Shown here: positions 20,893 through 31,417 of the stretch, piece by piece
Layout: every line of letters starts with the position of its first letter
How positions within the stretch are numbered: position 1 is the stretch's first letter
NCBI GenBank assembly: GCA_965200245.1
Contig: CBDATS010000004.1
Location: forward strand, 96,001-160,000
DNA from: a bacterium
GTDB lineage: Bacteria; UBA8248
Direction: 5' to 3'
DNA: 64,000 nt
Position numbers and translations under genes: made by a program
The notes under the pieces: generated by a model
What the model was told of the DNA's origin: nothing
Seen by the model: only the letters and a program-made list of their open reading frames with translations
Databases searched by the model: none

Positions 20893-21294
20893 TTAATTGC
20901 TCAAAATATAGAAGTCATCATACATGGTTATATGAAACGCAGATATAAAGTCCATGCCGAGAAGAACATCGTGATTGCCCGGCTCATACGGGAGCAGGCC
21001 AGCCTCTGAATCCTTGCCGCGCAAAACCAAATGCCTGCCTGGCTCCCCGCCAGGCAAAGCGAGATTGCTCTCCATTGGAATATCAATCCTCACTCCATGT
21101 TTCTCCGTCTCTACGGGGCTTCCCGTTACTGGAGTGATCCGCATGTGACCAATAGCATTCAACCCCGCAGATTTTACAACCTTTTTGGAAAGAACCAGAT
21201 CGACCGACTGCGCCATGGGTATTTCTTCGATGGCGGCAGCAAGGCGGGCCTGTTCGGTCAGGATGAGATGGCTACCGAACAGTGCGATGGCCAT
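20893..21294 (-). pseudogene. Retropepsin-like aspartyl protease C-terminal remnant joined to an unrelated fragment
   Basis: Ends DVLLGMDFI; catalytic DTG motif absent. Confidence 0.45.
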
Positions 21295-21662
21295 ATCTGA
21301 AGTTCAGGTGTCGTTCTCGTGGCTTCAGAGCCGAACAACACGGTACGATCCACTCGACGTGAAAGCGATGGAAGCGATCCTTGCCGATTTCGAGAGATGC
21401 GTATTGTGGCCAATGTGAAGCATAGAAGCATAATGAATGCTTGGCCCTCGTTCTGCCCCGTGAGCATGGGTTTCGGTCCATGATGCTGCCTGCCTTGAGC
21501 GGTCGAGACCACCGGGCAGGGACACCCTTGCGGATGAAGTTCATTATACTCAAGGGAGGGTTCGTCGCGGTGCGATTGCCTTGGCGGGACAGGCAGTGTC
21601 TTCCGAGAGATTGGCTTGCTTCCGTAGCGGGGAGGTGCCTTGTCCATGCAGCCCTGCTGCCG

Positions 21663-23063
21663 TCATCCCGTCCTGCCCAGATACGTCAGACAATCGTTCG
21701 CTGCCTTGATGCTGCTCGACATCACCCCGTTTACGCTTGGGCTGTTGATCCAGCCTCCTGCAAAGAACAATCCGTGCACCTTCGGCACTTCATTGTCGAG
21801 CATGTCGTGAATTTCGGTCAGCACCTTTCCGGGAACCAGGCACCCAGTCTCCGCCCAGCGATAGACACGGGTGAAAATCGGCTCGACACCATCCATTTTC
21901 GGCCAGAACCGCCGGATTTCATCCACGATGCGCTTCGCAATCTCCTCATCGTCCAGCTTGAACAGTTCACGCGCGTAGTCGGCCATGACCAGGACATGAT
22001 ACATGAATTTGCCGTCAGGGACGCTGTCCGGCGTGATCAGTCGATTGTTCTCGACTGCGGTCAGCATCGTGTCGACCTCTTCCTTGAACACGGCCGCGTA
22101 GGCAAAGGCGGGCAGAAGCTCGACGTCAAGCCCCATGGCCATCTTGATGCACGGCTCGGAGGTGACTTTCGACAGTACGTCCGGGATGCTTGATGGCCCG
22201 TTGCGCAACATGGCCGGTATCCGGCTGGCGGGTGCGCAGCAAATGACGGCATCTGCCTCGATCGTCTCGCCGGTCGTGGTGCGGACTCCCTTGACCTGGC
22301 TGTTGTCGATCACGATCTCCTCTACCGCGGTCGAGATGCGGATGTGGTCCCGGTACCTGTCCGTCAGCGCGGTACAGAGTTCGCTGACACCACGGGATGG
22401 CAGTTGCACGTCCGACTCCGGCCCGGTATTGATGGAGAAATTCCAGAGCATCGTCATGGCCACTGCCGGACTCATTTGATCGGGGCTCCCGCCTGTGTAG
22501 CCGCGCAAATCATTTCTCAGGAAATCACGCAGACAATCAGCCATTCCGTTTGCCTTCATGTATTCCGTGAAACTGGCGTGCGCATCCAGGTGGAGCAGCA
22601 GCCTGGAGTCATTGATGGAAAGGCTGTCCTTCAGCGAATTCAAATGGTTGCGGAACCGGGCAAACTGCATCAGTGATTTCGGCGTGCCGAGGCCGAACGC
22701 AAGGGCCTTGAGTGTGTGCAGCTTATCCCATATCGAACCAAAAGGAGACATCGTATGAAACTTTCCGTTGTTGTAAACAAGTCCGGCTTTCTTGAAGGTC
22801 GGCGTATGTAACGGCAGGTTCAGGTCTGCGGCAATCGACTTGACAGAGTCATACGACGCGAGGAACAGGGAGGCGGCACGGTCGATAATGAAGCCTTCCA
22901 CTTCGTCGCGTCCTATCCGGCCACCGATGAAGTCGCGTTCTTCTAGGGCGGCGACCTCGAGATCCGGGTTTTCCTTCAACAGGCAATGCGTTGCCGCCAG
23001 TCCACCCGTGCCGGCACCGACAATGGCGACTTTCTGGTCACGACCAGAACTCAAGTCATTCAT
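21663..23063 (-). CDS. FAD-dependent oxidoreductase (amine oxidase/HemY-like)
   Basis: VAIVGAGTGGLAA, IGGRI, EADAVICCAP, LFFAGGW. Confidence 0.82.
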   Translation of the reverse strand: MNDLSSGRDQKVAIVGAGTGGLAATHCLLKENPDLEVAALEERDFIGGRIGRDEVEGFIIDRAASLFLASYDSVKSIAADLNLPLHTPTFKKAGLVYNNGKFHTMSPFGSIWDKLHTLKALAFGLGTPKSLMQFARFRNHLNSLKDSLSINDSRLLLHLDAHASFTEYMKANGMADCLRDFLRNDLRGYTGGSPDQMSPAVAMTMLWNFSINTGPESDVQLPSRGVSELCTALTDRYRDHIRISTAVEEIVIDNSQVKGVRTTTGETIEADAVICCAPASRIPAMLRNGPSSIPDVLSKVTSEPCIKMAMGLDVELLPAFAYAAVFKEEVDTMLTAVENNRLITPDSVPDGKFMYHVLVMADYARELFKLDDEEIAKRIVDEIRRFWPKMDGVEPIFTRVYRWAETGCLVPGKVLTEIHDMLDNEVPKVHGLFFAGGWINSPSVNGVMSSSIKAANDCLTYLGRTG

Positions 23064-23232
23064 GAATGGTTCCCTCCAGGTAGTTTGACCTATTCAAACC
23101 GTATTCCGGTTGCCGACATGAATATTATATACAATCTTAACGCAAAGGAGCAACAGATAGTCTGCCCGCCGTTGGATAAGAATATCTGGGAATAATTCTG
23201 CAAAGTTAACAAAATCCATTTAATATAGATAT

Positions 23233-23292
23233 CATGATCCGCCGTTGACGCCTGACAGGGTCGCGACGGCGCTCCTGAAGGCGAGGTCGTGA
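23233..23292 (+). pseudogene. Diverged copy of the last 19 codons of the molybdoenzyme gene at 33774..36074
   Basis: Reads HDPPLTPDRVATALLKARS* versus HDLPLTPDRIAMALLKARS*. Confidence 0.85.
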
Positions 23293-23319
23293 TTTCGGAA
23301 GTATCGCGGCAGAACTCCG

Positions 23320-24573
23320 CTAGAAGCTGTACGTCAGGTTCAGGGCGACGAAGCTGTCCCGCCTCGTATCGTAGGTGATGTCCTCCCTGTCGACATCCAC
23401 GAGAGCGATGGCCTCGAACTTCATGGACCACTGATCCGAGAGGCGTCGTTTCCACTCGACGCTCAGAATGCGTGTCGTATAATCCATGTCGGCGAGCACG
23501 CCCGCGATGAGTTCTGTGCTCTGGGCGTCGTTGAACCCGACCCGAACGGCGAGGAAGAGGTCGTTCTGGAACTCGGAACTCGAAAGCCCTTCGCGCCCGT
23601 CGTGGTTCCATTCGACGAGCAGGCCGAGGTCGGCGGGCGAACCCCGGATGGAATAGAAGGTGTATTCACCGCCGAGAACGAAGGCGGCAAAGTCCTCCCT
23701 TGCGCCGAGGCGGTTTCGCGCGCCTGTGCGGTGAATGGCCTCGAGCTTGAGCAGCCAGGACTCCAGGGTGAGCTGGGCGTCCACGCCGAACTGGCGAATC
23801 CCGTCGTAGTGATGCCGCAGGCTCGCCCCGCCGCGCGCATCGAAATGCGGCCGGATGGAAGGCTCCCGGCTCGTGCCGTCGAATACGCTCAGGCCCAGGT
23901 CGAGAGGTCCGAGGCTGCGGGTCAGGCGGGCGGCGAGGTCCACGTGCCACTCCCCGGCGGCGCTTTCGTATGTCACGCCCTCCTTGTCTACGGGAATCGG
24001 GAGACGCAGGCGGCCGTGGGGACCCGGGAAGGTACGCACGCGGTGCCCGGTCATGGCGAAGAGTTCCAGTATCCCCCACTCCGCCGACCACGTGAGATGG
24101 GCCATGGGCTGGCCCAGCTTGGTCTCCTTATTCGGATGTTCGACGAGGTCGGTCTGGTTGATGATGTCGACGAGGTGCTGGGATTCCGTGACGCCCCAGA
24201 ACACGCGGTCCACCCCCAGGCGGAACTCCCATTCTCCCCCTTTGGTAGCACCGTATGTTAGAAGATAGGCTTCGCGCAGGTCGGCGTGCGTGCGGCGCGG
24301 GTCCGCCGCGTCGTAGCGGGCGAACGGGGCGATGGTGACGCTCCAGTTGCCCGCGCCCTTGAGGTGGAGTCTGGGCTCCGCGACGAAACCGCTCGCGTGC
24401 GCGCGCTGTCCGGGGTGTGCGTTGGAGCGGGGATACCAGCGGCCCTCGACCCCGAGACTCCCCGAAAGCTCGTGTCCGGTGCTTTCGGCCCCGTGGCCCG
24501 CCCCCGCGAGGAAGAGCACGGCCCCTATCGAGAAGGCAGCGAGCGCGCAGCGCAGGGCGACGCGCATCGCCAT
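23320..24573 (-). CDS. Outer-membrane beta-barrel protein
   Basis: Signal peptide, DLREAY, VFWG, C-terminal LTYSF; TGATG overlap with the upstream gene. Confidence 0.8.
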   Translation of the reverse strand: MAMRVALRCALAAFSIGAVLFLAGAGHGAESTGHELSGSLGVEGRWYPRSNAHPGQRAHASGFVAEPRLHLKGAGNWSVTIAPFARYDAADPRRTHADLREAYLLTYGATKGGEWEFRLGVDRVFWGVTESQHLVDIINQTDLVEHPNKETKLGQPMAHLTWSAEWGILELFAMTGHRVRTFPGPHGRLRLPIPVDKEGVTYESAAGEWHVDLAARLTRSLGPLDLGLSVFDGTSREPSIRPHFDARGGASLRHHYDGIRQFGVDAQLTLESWLLKLEAIHRTGARNRLGAREDFAAFVLGGEYTFYSIRGSPADLGLLVEWNHDGREGLSSSEFQNDLFLAVRVGFNDAQSTELIAGVLADMDYTTRILSVEWKRRLSDQWSMKFEAIALVDVDREDITYDTRRDSFVALNLTYSF

Positions 24574-25376
24574 CAGCGTACCCGTCTCAGGCCGGTTCGC
24601 GTGAATTCGCTCTCCCTGAGACCGGTGCGGAATTTGTAGTCCTTCCAGCGCAGCACGGTGCTCTTGCCCGTCTGGTGGTTCACCATCTTCATCTCGTGCG
24701 ACTGCCAGAACCTGTCCAGAAACTTCCTGTACTTGCTGAACGTCAGCGTCTTCAGGTGCGAGTTCTTCCGGTCGTAGTACTGGATCTTCCAGGCGCGAAG
24801 CTCGTCCCTGTCCTGCCAGACGACCTGGCGCGTGTAGCCCGAACGCCTGTCCGTCGGGAAGCGTTCCACGACCGTGCACGTCAGCTTCCCGCAGGGCTCC
24901 TCCCCCCGGTAGCGGTAGGTGAACTTCTCGACCTCCTGGGTCCCCATGTCCTCGTAGGAGAACTCGCTGCCCATGAACGAGCCCGACCGGTTCGACGAAC
25001 TGATGCGCTTCACCCGCTTGAGGGCGGGCAGGTAGAGCCACTGGTCGTCGCCCCTGTCCCTGTGGGAGTGGACGAGCAGGGCCGTGCCCTTCACGTCGCG
25101 CGGGCGGTCGAAGACGAACAGGCTCTTGTTGCCGCCCCCTTCCGTCTCGAGAGTCTTCACGCGAAGCTGGCGGCGGCTCTCCTGTCCCTGCCTGTTGCGA
25201 AGCACCATGCTCTGCTCGGCCGTGAAGTTGCCGAAGCCCCTGCCTCTCTCGCGGGTCTCGCGGGCGATCCGGAGGCCCTGCTCCTCGGGCGTCGCGGCAT
25301 CCGCGCCCGGCGCAGACGGATGCACCAAGGCGTACAGGAACACCGGAAGAAGCAGGAGTGACAGTCGGGTGATCAT
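24573..25376 (-). CDS. LolA-like outer membrane lipoprotein-sorting protein
   Basis: PRDVKGTALL, DDQWLYLPALKRVKRI, SFMGSEFSYEDM; ATGA overlap with the MMPL gene. Confidence 0.9.
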   Translation of the reverse strand: MITRLSLLLLPVFLYALVHPSAPGADAATPEEQGLRIARETRERGRGFGNFTAEQSMVLRNRQGQESRRQLRVKTLETEGGGNKSLFVFDRPRDVKGTALLVHSHRDRGDDQWLYLPALKRVKRISSSNRSGSFMGSEFSYEDMGTQEVEKFTYRYRGEEPCGKLTCTVVERFPTDRRSGYTRQVVWQDRDELRAWKIQYYDRKNSHLKTLTFSKYRKFLDRFWQSHEMKMVNHQTGKSTVLRWKDYKFRTGLRESEFTRTGLRRVR

Positions 25377-27649
25377 GGTTTCCTCCGATCGAAACGCATC
25401 AGCAGCGTCGGCAGAAAAAAGAAGTCGGTGAGGAGCCCGAGGCTGAGCATGAGTGTCACCATCAGGCCGAGCATCCAGATTCCCTCGTAGCCCGAGGTAG
25501 CGAACAGGGCGAAGCCCACTGAGAGGACCACGCTCGTGGTCCAAAGCGCATGGCCCACGGCGGAGAAGGTGCTACGCACGGCATCAGGTGCAGAGAGGCC
25601 GTCGCGACGAGCTTGCAAGTATTTACTCATAAAGTGAATTGTGTCGTCCACGATGATTCCGAAAGCGATAGCGGTCGTCACTGAGGTGGTAAGGCTGATG
25701 CGGCCGACTGCAAAGCCCCAAAGCCCGAAACCCATAGCCGGGGGAATGAAGTTGGGAACCAGGCTGATGAGCCCCAAGCGCCAGCTTTTGAAAACCCAGA
25801 TCAGGATGAGCGAGATGATCAGCATTCCGATGAACGTGCCACGCAGCATGTTTTTCATGTTACGCAAAGTGAGATGTGCGTAAACCATGGTCAAGCCTGA
25901 TGCTTCGGTTGCGAAGTCGGGTATGTTGGCGCGGAGCCAGTTTTGGACGCGTGCGTCGAATTCGCGCATACTGCGCGCCGAGAGGTCGATGAGCGTGAGG
26001 GTCATGCGTGTGGTGGACTTGGCGGCGTCGATGCGGTCGTTAAGATCGCCGCCGAACGGGATCGAAAACTCGTAGAGTAGCAGGTATTGCGCGGCAAGTT
26101 TGGAGTCGTTCGGCAACCGGTAGAAAGTCGGATCGTCGCCGTTCATGTTTCTGTTCAGGCGCTTCATGATGTCGGCGAAGGAACGGACATGGTTTACTTC
26201 AGGTTGCTTCCGTGCCCATTCGGCAAAAGTGTCGACTCTCTTCAGGTATTCAGGGTCGGCAATTCCCCCTTCCCTGCCCGATTTCAGCGAGTACTCCATA
26301 GCATTCAGGCCGGTCAGGTTTTTGTTGATGAAATCAGTATCACGCCGGAACTGATAGCGTTCGTCGAACTGCGCCGTCCACTTGTCGCTCATTTCGTTTT
26401 TGGGAATGCCGGTGAGCAGAATGAGCGTCAGGATTACGGTGAACCAGAGCAGGGGCGTGCGACGCTTCACTATGAATTCGCCGAAACGTTCAAAGAAGAG
26501 AGATTGCCCTTCGAGGGTTCGACGCGCACGTAGCGGCAGGATCGAAAGCAACGCTGGCAAGAGAGTCATAGAGTAGGAGAAAATACACAGCACCCCGAAC
26601 GCCGCGAGATTGCCCGTTTCTCGAATGGGCAGCGAATCGGAAGCGTTCAGGCTCAGAAAACCGATCCCCGTCGTAATGGAAGTCAGAAACACCGGCCAGG
26701 CGTTAGCGCGGAGTGATTCGGCCACCGCCGCGCTCCTGTCGAGTCCGCGACGCATATACGATAGGGTTGTCGAAATGATGTGTATCGAATGGGCCACGGC
26801 GATTACGATGATGATGATTGGCACGGCGGCTTCGATGGGAGAGAGTGCCACGCCGAGCCAGCCTGCGACCCCCAAGGCAGTATTCATGGAGAAAACGGTT
26901 ATGACGATGATTATCAAGGTACCGAGCAACGTGCGGAGGAGAAGAGCCGTGCCGAGGATCACGACACAAAAAACAATTGGCGTCGTGATCCTCAGCCCGT
27001 CTTTCATGGCTACGGCCGCGACATGATTGTAGACGACATCGCCGGTCATGTAGTAGGCGATTCCCGGATGGCGTGTACGGGCTTTCGCTAACATGGTGTC
27101 GAGGTAGTTCGCCACCTCGGTCACCATGTTGCCTTTCGTTTGAGGCTTGATGAAAGTGATCGCCACCCCGGCTACACGGGCGTCACGCGAAACAAGGCGT
27201 CCGGCGAGGTCAGTCGAGCTAAGCGCGATTTTCCGGATGGACGCCAGGTCTGCATCGCTCAGCGAGCGCGCGTCGTCCACGAGCGGTTTGACGATGAGTT
27301 CATCTCCCTCAGCCCGGCTGTGGTTGTAGTTGGTGAGGGAGTCCACCCTGCTGGAATGAGGGGCCTTCCATGCGGTTTCGGTCAATTCCTCAATGGCGCG
27401 TAGCGTCTCGCGCGTGAACACCGAACCCTCTTTGGGGGCAATGGCGATGAGGGCCGTGTTGGACGCAGAAAATGTGTTTTCCAGCGCTTCCAAGTTGCTG
27501 AGTTGCGGGTTGTCCTTTCCCAGCATAATACGGAAGTCATCCGCCGCCGTAAGATATCCCGCACCTATCGTAGCGAGTAACATCAAAAGGGAAGTGAACG
27601 CCACGACGAGCCACCGACGTCGTAGAATAATGTCAATGTAGCGAGCCAA
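25373..27649 (-). CDS. MMPL/RND family transporter
   Basis: Two TM repeats, FLTSITTGIGFLSL, IAFGIIVDDTIHF. Confidence 0.9.
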   Translation of the reverse strand: MARYIDIILRRRWLVVAFTSLLMLLATIGAGYLTAADDFRIMLGKDNPQLSNLEALENTFSASNTALIAIAPKEGSVFTRETLRAIEELTETAWKAPHSSRVDSLTNYNHSRAEGDELIVKPLVDDARSLSDADLASIRKIALSSTDLAGRLVSRDARVAGVAITFIKPQTKGNMVTEVANYLDTMLAKARTRHPGIAYYMTGDVVYNHVAAVAMKDGLRITTPIVFCVVILGTALLLRTLLGTLIIIVITVFSMNTALGVAGWLGVALSPIEAAVPIIIIVIAVAHSIHIISTTLSYMRRGLDRSAAVAESLRANAWPVFLTSITTGIGFLSLNASDSLPIRETGNLAAFGVLCIFSYSMTLLPALLSILPLRARRTLEGQSLFFERFGEFIVKRRTPLLWFTVILTLILLTGIPKNEMSDKWTAQFDERYQFRRDTDFINKNLTGLNAMEYSLKSGREGGIADPEYLKRVDTFAEWARKQPEVNHVRSFADIMKRLNRNMNGDDPTFYRLPNDSKLAAQYLLLYEFSIPFGGDLNDRIDAAKSTTRMTLTLIDLSARSMREFDARVQNWLRANIPDFATEASGLTMVYAHLTLRNMKNMLRGTFIGMLIISLILIWVFKSWRLGLISLVPNFIPPAMGFGLWGFAVGRISLTTSVTTAIAFGIIVDDTIHFMSKYLQARRDGLSAPDAVRSTFSAVGHALWTTSVVLSVGFALFATSGYEGIWMLGLMVTLMLSLGLLTDFFFLPTLLMRFDRRKP

Positions 27650-28307
27650 TTTTCGAATAGTTCCTCTTTATCAATAACTTCCTATGGGTTTGTGTGTTTT
27701 GCGCCACCTGACTCTCTTTGATAGTGAAATGGTTTTCGTGTCCTTGCCACGTCGCCATTCGGTGGTCCTTGGTGGCGTCGGCACTCTTCCGTTGGCACGG
27801 GCAGGTAGAATGTATGTAGTCGTTGAAAGAGGAATAGGTCTCTGGCAATGGGAAAATTCTCTTGTCGCATCTCGCATGCTTCCATTTTACCATACCACCG
27901 TGAATCAGGCCCTTTACTTCATGCCATTTCAATCGTTGCCTCAGTGTACCACATACACATTCTTCGTAGAAACCACGGTTGCCTGGACACAGGCGCCTTC
28001 GTGGTACGGACCGCTTCCACTTAAGCGGCGGGATGTTCAAGTCCTTTATAGTCTTTCGGGCGATGGTGCAAGATTCTGGAAAAGCGAAACTCACTGAACT
28101 CCACGCCGACCATACACCCTCCGGGGTGGTGCGCAGTTTCCAATGCCTTGATATCGAATTTGTCCCTTTGGTTGAATAGCGCTAAGAGCATTTGCTGGTC
28201 TGGACGCACAATCTACACGACAACAGTTCCGGGCCTTTCGATTATCCTGCTTTCCTTGCAGGGTTTTTCTTCAGATTTATCGTGTCGGGTCGAGGCGCAA
28301 GGATCGC

Positions 28308-29489
28308 TTACCAATCACTCTGTTCTGACGCTTTGTGGTGATCCGGCATCCTGTAACTTATTCCTCCCGTGTCGTGCATGGTAGCGTCGAAAAGTTGGAA
28401 AAACGCGTCTTTCTGAGTTAGTTGGGAGCCTTTCAATAGTTTGACAAGGGATTCCCTGAACTTGTAGTAGGTCAGAACCAGGAACCTGCTTCTCACGGTG
28501 TTCGGATATTGAAATTTGTCGGCGAGTTCGTTGCCTATGAGCGCTCGCGAAAGGCGGTAAGCGTACCTTGCCAAGGATTCTTTGGCGGCTTCGTCCTCCA
28601 GGCCCGACATTACAGGGATGGCCTTGAATACTGAGTTCGCGACGGCAATCGCATCAGCGTCCGGTGGCGGTTCGCATTTGCAAGCGGTTTTATAAAGTTC
28701 CTTCGCCTCTTGTTCATTTGTGAAGAGAATGGTTTCGGGAACTCCCAGCAGATAGCCGGCGTAGCGCCAAATACGGACGATGCTATCTCTTTCTTCCTGG
28801 GTGATGCTCGAACCCATCGCTACCGCGTGTTCGAATTGGCGTACAGAAAACGTATATAAAGCAACTCCACCTATGTGTGCCGCGCTGAGCGGCGTTCCCC
28901 AAGCTTCGTGGTCCCATTCGTCAGACTTCGCCAGCAGATTCCTGATCCGGGCATGGATGCAGCGAATGCGCATAGATATCTTCCATCCGTCGCCTTGTCT
29001 CTTCAAACCATTAGGATAATATATTTCGAGCATGTGGCGATTATTCTGCCTAAGGCGTCTGATAGCTCCTGGCCCTAAGCCAGGCACACGCCCAGTAATG
29101 AAGAAGGCTTTAGAGACAAGTGTCCCGAAGCCTTCGACCGCGCTACCGACGGCGTATGCGATAAGCATGTTGGTCATGTTATTGTAGAAGGCACGCATGC
29201 CCGGGCTGAATGCCTCGAAATCGACCCAGGAGGGCACGTCGGAATCGACTTTCTCGAAGAAATCGCGAAGAACCTTTGGCGCCTCGCGCAGGACGCCAAG
29301 GTGTTGTTCTATGCCAGCCTCGATAAACGCATGCAGGTCATAGGTAGACAAAGAGGAGAGTTCCTCCATAACCGGATCCAATTCGGCATCACCTATGGTG
29401 GTGTGCCGGATATAGTTGTCTACCACTTCCCGGTTAAGTAAATGAATATTCTTTTCGTAGGTTTCGGTATACACTGATGGTATTTTCAT
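28308..29489 (-). CDS. MpaB/Lcp-like (DUF2236) heme oxygenase family protein
   Basis: GDAELD, PSWVDFE, TGR..RRLRQN, RIRCIHARIR, WDHEAWGTPLS, WRYAGYLLGVP. Confidence 0.8.
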   Translation of the reverse strand: MKIPSVYTETYEKNIHLLNREVVDNYIRHTTIGDAELDPVMEELSSLSTYDLHAFIEAGIEQHLGVLREAPKVLRDFFEKVDSDVPSWVDFEAFSPGMRAFYNNMTNMLIAYAVGSAVEGFGTLVSKAFFITGRVPGLGPGAIRRLRQNNRHMLEIYYPNGLKRQGDGWKISMRIRCIHARIRNLLAKSDEWDHEAWGTPLSAAHIGGVALYTFSVRQFEHAVAMGSSITQEERDSIVRIWRYAGYLLGVPETILFTNEQEAKELYKTACKCEPPPDADAIAVANSVFKAIPVMSGLEDEAAKESLARYAYRLSRALIGNELADKFQYPNTVRSRFLVLTYYKFRESLVKLLKGSQLTQKDAFFQLFDATMHDTGGISYRMPDHHKASEQSDW

Positions 29490-29595
29490 AGCTTATAATA
29501 CCCCTTGTACTCCTCTAATTCCCTGAGCATTAACGATCTTTACATATTTTCCACTAATTGTATAGTAATTTTTAAGACTTGTAGAATTTAAGTTT

Positions 29596-30355
29596 GTGGG
29601 CTTCGTGTGTCAGTTGGCGGACGAGTACCAAATCGATCAGGAGAACGAATTCGGGCTGCTTTGGGCGAAGGCATGGAATGGCAAGGGCGGGGTCGAACCG
29701 GAGACGGTTGGCTTTGGCGGTCCTCTTGCGGATGCCCTGCATCATCCGGCGGGGAGGCTGGCGGAGGCTGCATTGATCCGGTCGCAGAAATCTAGGCCCT
29801 CTAGAGGAGCAGGCATTCCCGGGGCGGTGCGGCGGTATTTTGATGCTATCGGTGTGGATCCGGGCGGGCACATGGGCCGCATGATGTTGGCGACACGGCT
29901 GCACTACCTCTTTGTGCTCGACCCTGCCTGGACTACGGAGCACTTGATTGCGCGCCTCAGACCCGGGAAGTCGCAAGAAGCAAGTAACCTATGGTCTGCT
30001 TACGGATGGTCGCCAAGACTCGGGCCCGACCTTCTGAGGGCATTCAAGGAGTCATTTCTCGAGATTCTGCGAGAGGAGAACCCAGACGACCGTAGGCCAG
30101 GCAATCTCAGGGGGCTGTTCGTGACAGCCTGTCTGGAAGCACCGGGAGAACTGACCGAGAAAGAGGTCCGCGGTGTCGTCAAGCAGTTACCGGAGGATGG
30201 TCTCAGAACGCTGCTCGAAAGTCTCAAGCAACGGCTCCAGGGAGAGGCTGTAGAGCGTGCGAAGATATGGAAGGAGAAGGTGTATCCTTGGCTTCGCGAC
30301 TTTTGGCCAAAGGAAGGAACTCGAAATACAGCGGGAACATCGGAAACAATTATCA
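29596..30355 (+). pseudogene. Internal/C-terminal fragment resembling anti-phage sirtuin Dsr1
   Basis: ALHHPAGRLAE, GRMMLATRL, WSPRLGPDLL.AFK, WPK segments; no SIR2 domain or credible start. Confidence 0.55.
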
Positions 30356-30396
30356 TTTCATGGCGAAACCGGTCGTGCAAAACTGGATACCGGAGT

Positions 30397-31140
30397 CTAT
30401 CTTGCCTTCAGCCTTTCGGAAAATCCCCGAATCCGCCTGGCGTTCGCGCCAAAGTCGCCAACACCAAAGCGGGCCTTCGATCGAATGTCGAGGCGGGTCT
30501 CGCCGTTCCCCGACGTGACCCGTATGACGATGTCGTCGGTGAAGCCGTACCAGAAAGTCGTATCGTAGGCTTCGATGCGACCCGCGGTCGGTTTCGATGA
30601 CACAATCCGCCAGCCCATGGCGCGGGCAGTGTCCAGGGCGCGGTTGAAAACCTCTTCTTTCGATGCCTGGAAGATGAGTGGTTTCAGGTCCGGATATGCC
30701 TTTTCCTGAAGCCGCGCGATGCGCGCACCCTCGTAGTTCGCCGGGTTTCCTGCTCCTTTTCGCAGGGGGAGAAGGGCCTGAAAGGCCGGCGGATTCCGGG
30801 TATCCGTCGTGATGTCGCGAATATCGGGCACACGTCTCGCGATTTGCATTTGCGCATGAAAAAAACCCGCGACGGTGAAACCCAGGCATATGCCAAGGGC
30901 GGCGCAGACTGTCCTTGCTCTGGACGCGTCGCGCAGGGCGAACAGTCCGCCCGTCATCGAAATGACCACGGAGATCAGTGCGATGACGGCCGAGACCTTG
31001 AAAATCTGGAACCCCGTGCCGAAATGCCAAAGTCCACCACGATAGCCCAGCCCGGAAGCCGCGGCAGCCAGCACGCAAACGATCGATATGAGCAGACCCG
31101 CATACGGTAATGACGAGAGGGTGGTTGACCTGTCAGCCAT
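30397..31140 (-). CDS. DUF1499 family membrane protein
   Basis: N-terminal TMs, PDIRDITTD, IEAYDTTFWYGFTDDIVIRV, DFGANARRI. Confidence 0.85.
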   Translation of the reverse strand: MADRSTTLSSLPYAGLLISIVCVLAAAASGLGYRGGLWHFGTGFQIFKVSAVIALISVVISMTGGLFALRDASRARTVCAALGICLGFTVAGFFHAQMQIARRVPDIRDITTDTRNPPAFQALLPLRKGAGNPANYEGARIARLQEKAYPDLKPLIFQASKEEVFNRALDTARAMGWRIVSSKPTAGRIEAYDTTFWYGFTDDIVIRVTSGNGETRLDIRSKARFGVGDFGANARRIRGFSERLKAR

Positions 31141-31417
31141 GAATTTTCCTTTTCAGCCTCTTAATGGCTGCCTGCAATTCCCCGGGACCTTCCGGGTATT
31201 GCTCCACATGCCCGCAGGCGTAGTTGATGGAATTGGCGAAGTTTCTGCAGGCCGTGGCTGCAATGATGTCGATGATGTTTTCCTCACTGAAACCGGCGTC
31301 CCTCAGACGCTCGATGTCCGTTTTTTCCATTTCATGGGGAGTGTGAGTGAATTTCCCTGCATAGTCGAGCATGACGCGGTCGGCGGAATCCGGGGAAATG
31401 GGTTGAATCCAGTTCAT
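31133..31417 (-). CDS. Short AhpD/carboxymuconolactone decarboxylase-like protein lacking the CxxC region
   Basis: MLDYAGKFT.TP, DIERLRDAGFSE, NFANSI; RBS AAGGAG. Confidence 0.65.
   Translation of the reverse strand: MNWIQPISPDSADRVMLDYAGKFTHTPHEMEKTDIERLRDAGFSEENIIDIIAATACRNFANSINYACGHVEQYPEGPGELQAAIKRLKRKIHG

Noticed and set aside
27650-28300. Genes between the oxygenase and MMPL
   Set aside because: Only short ORFs without recognisable homology.
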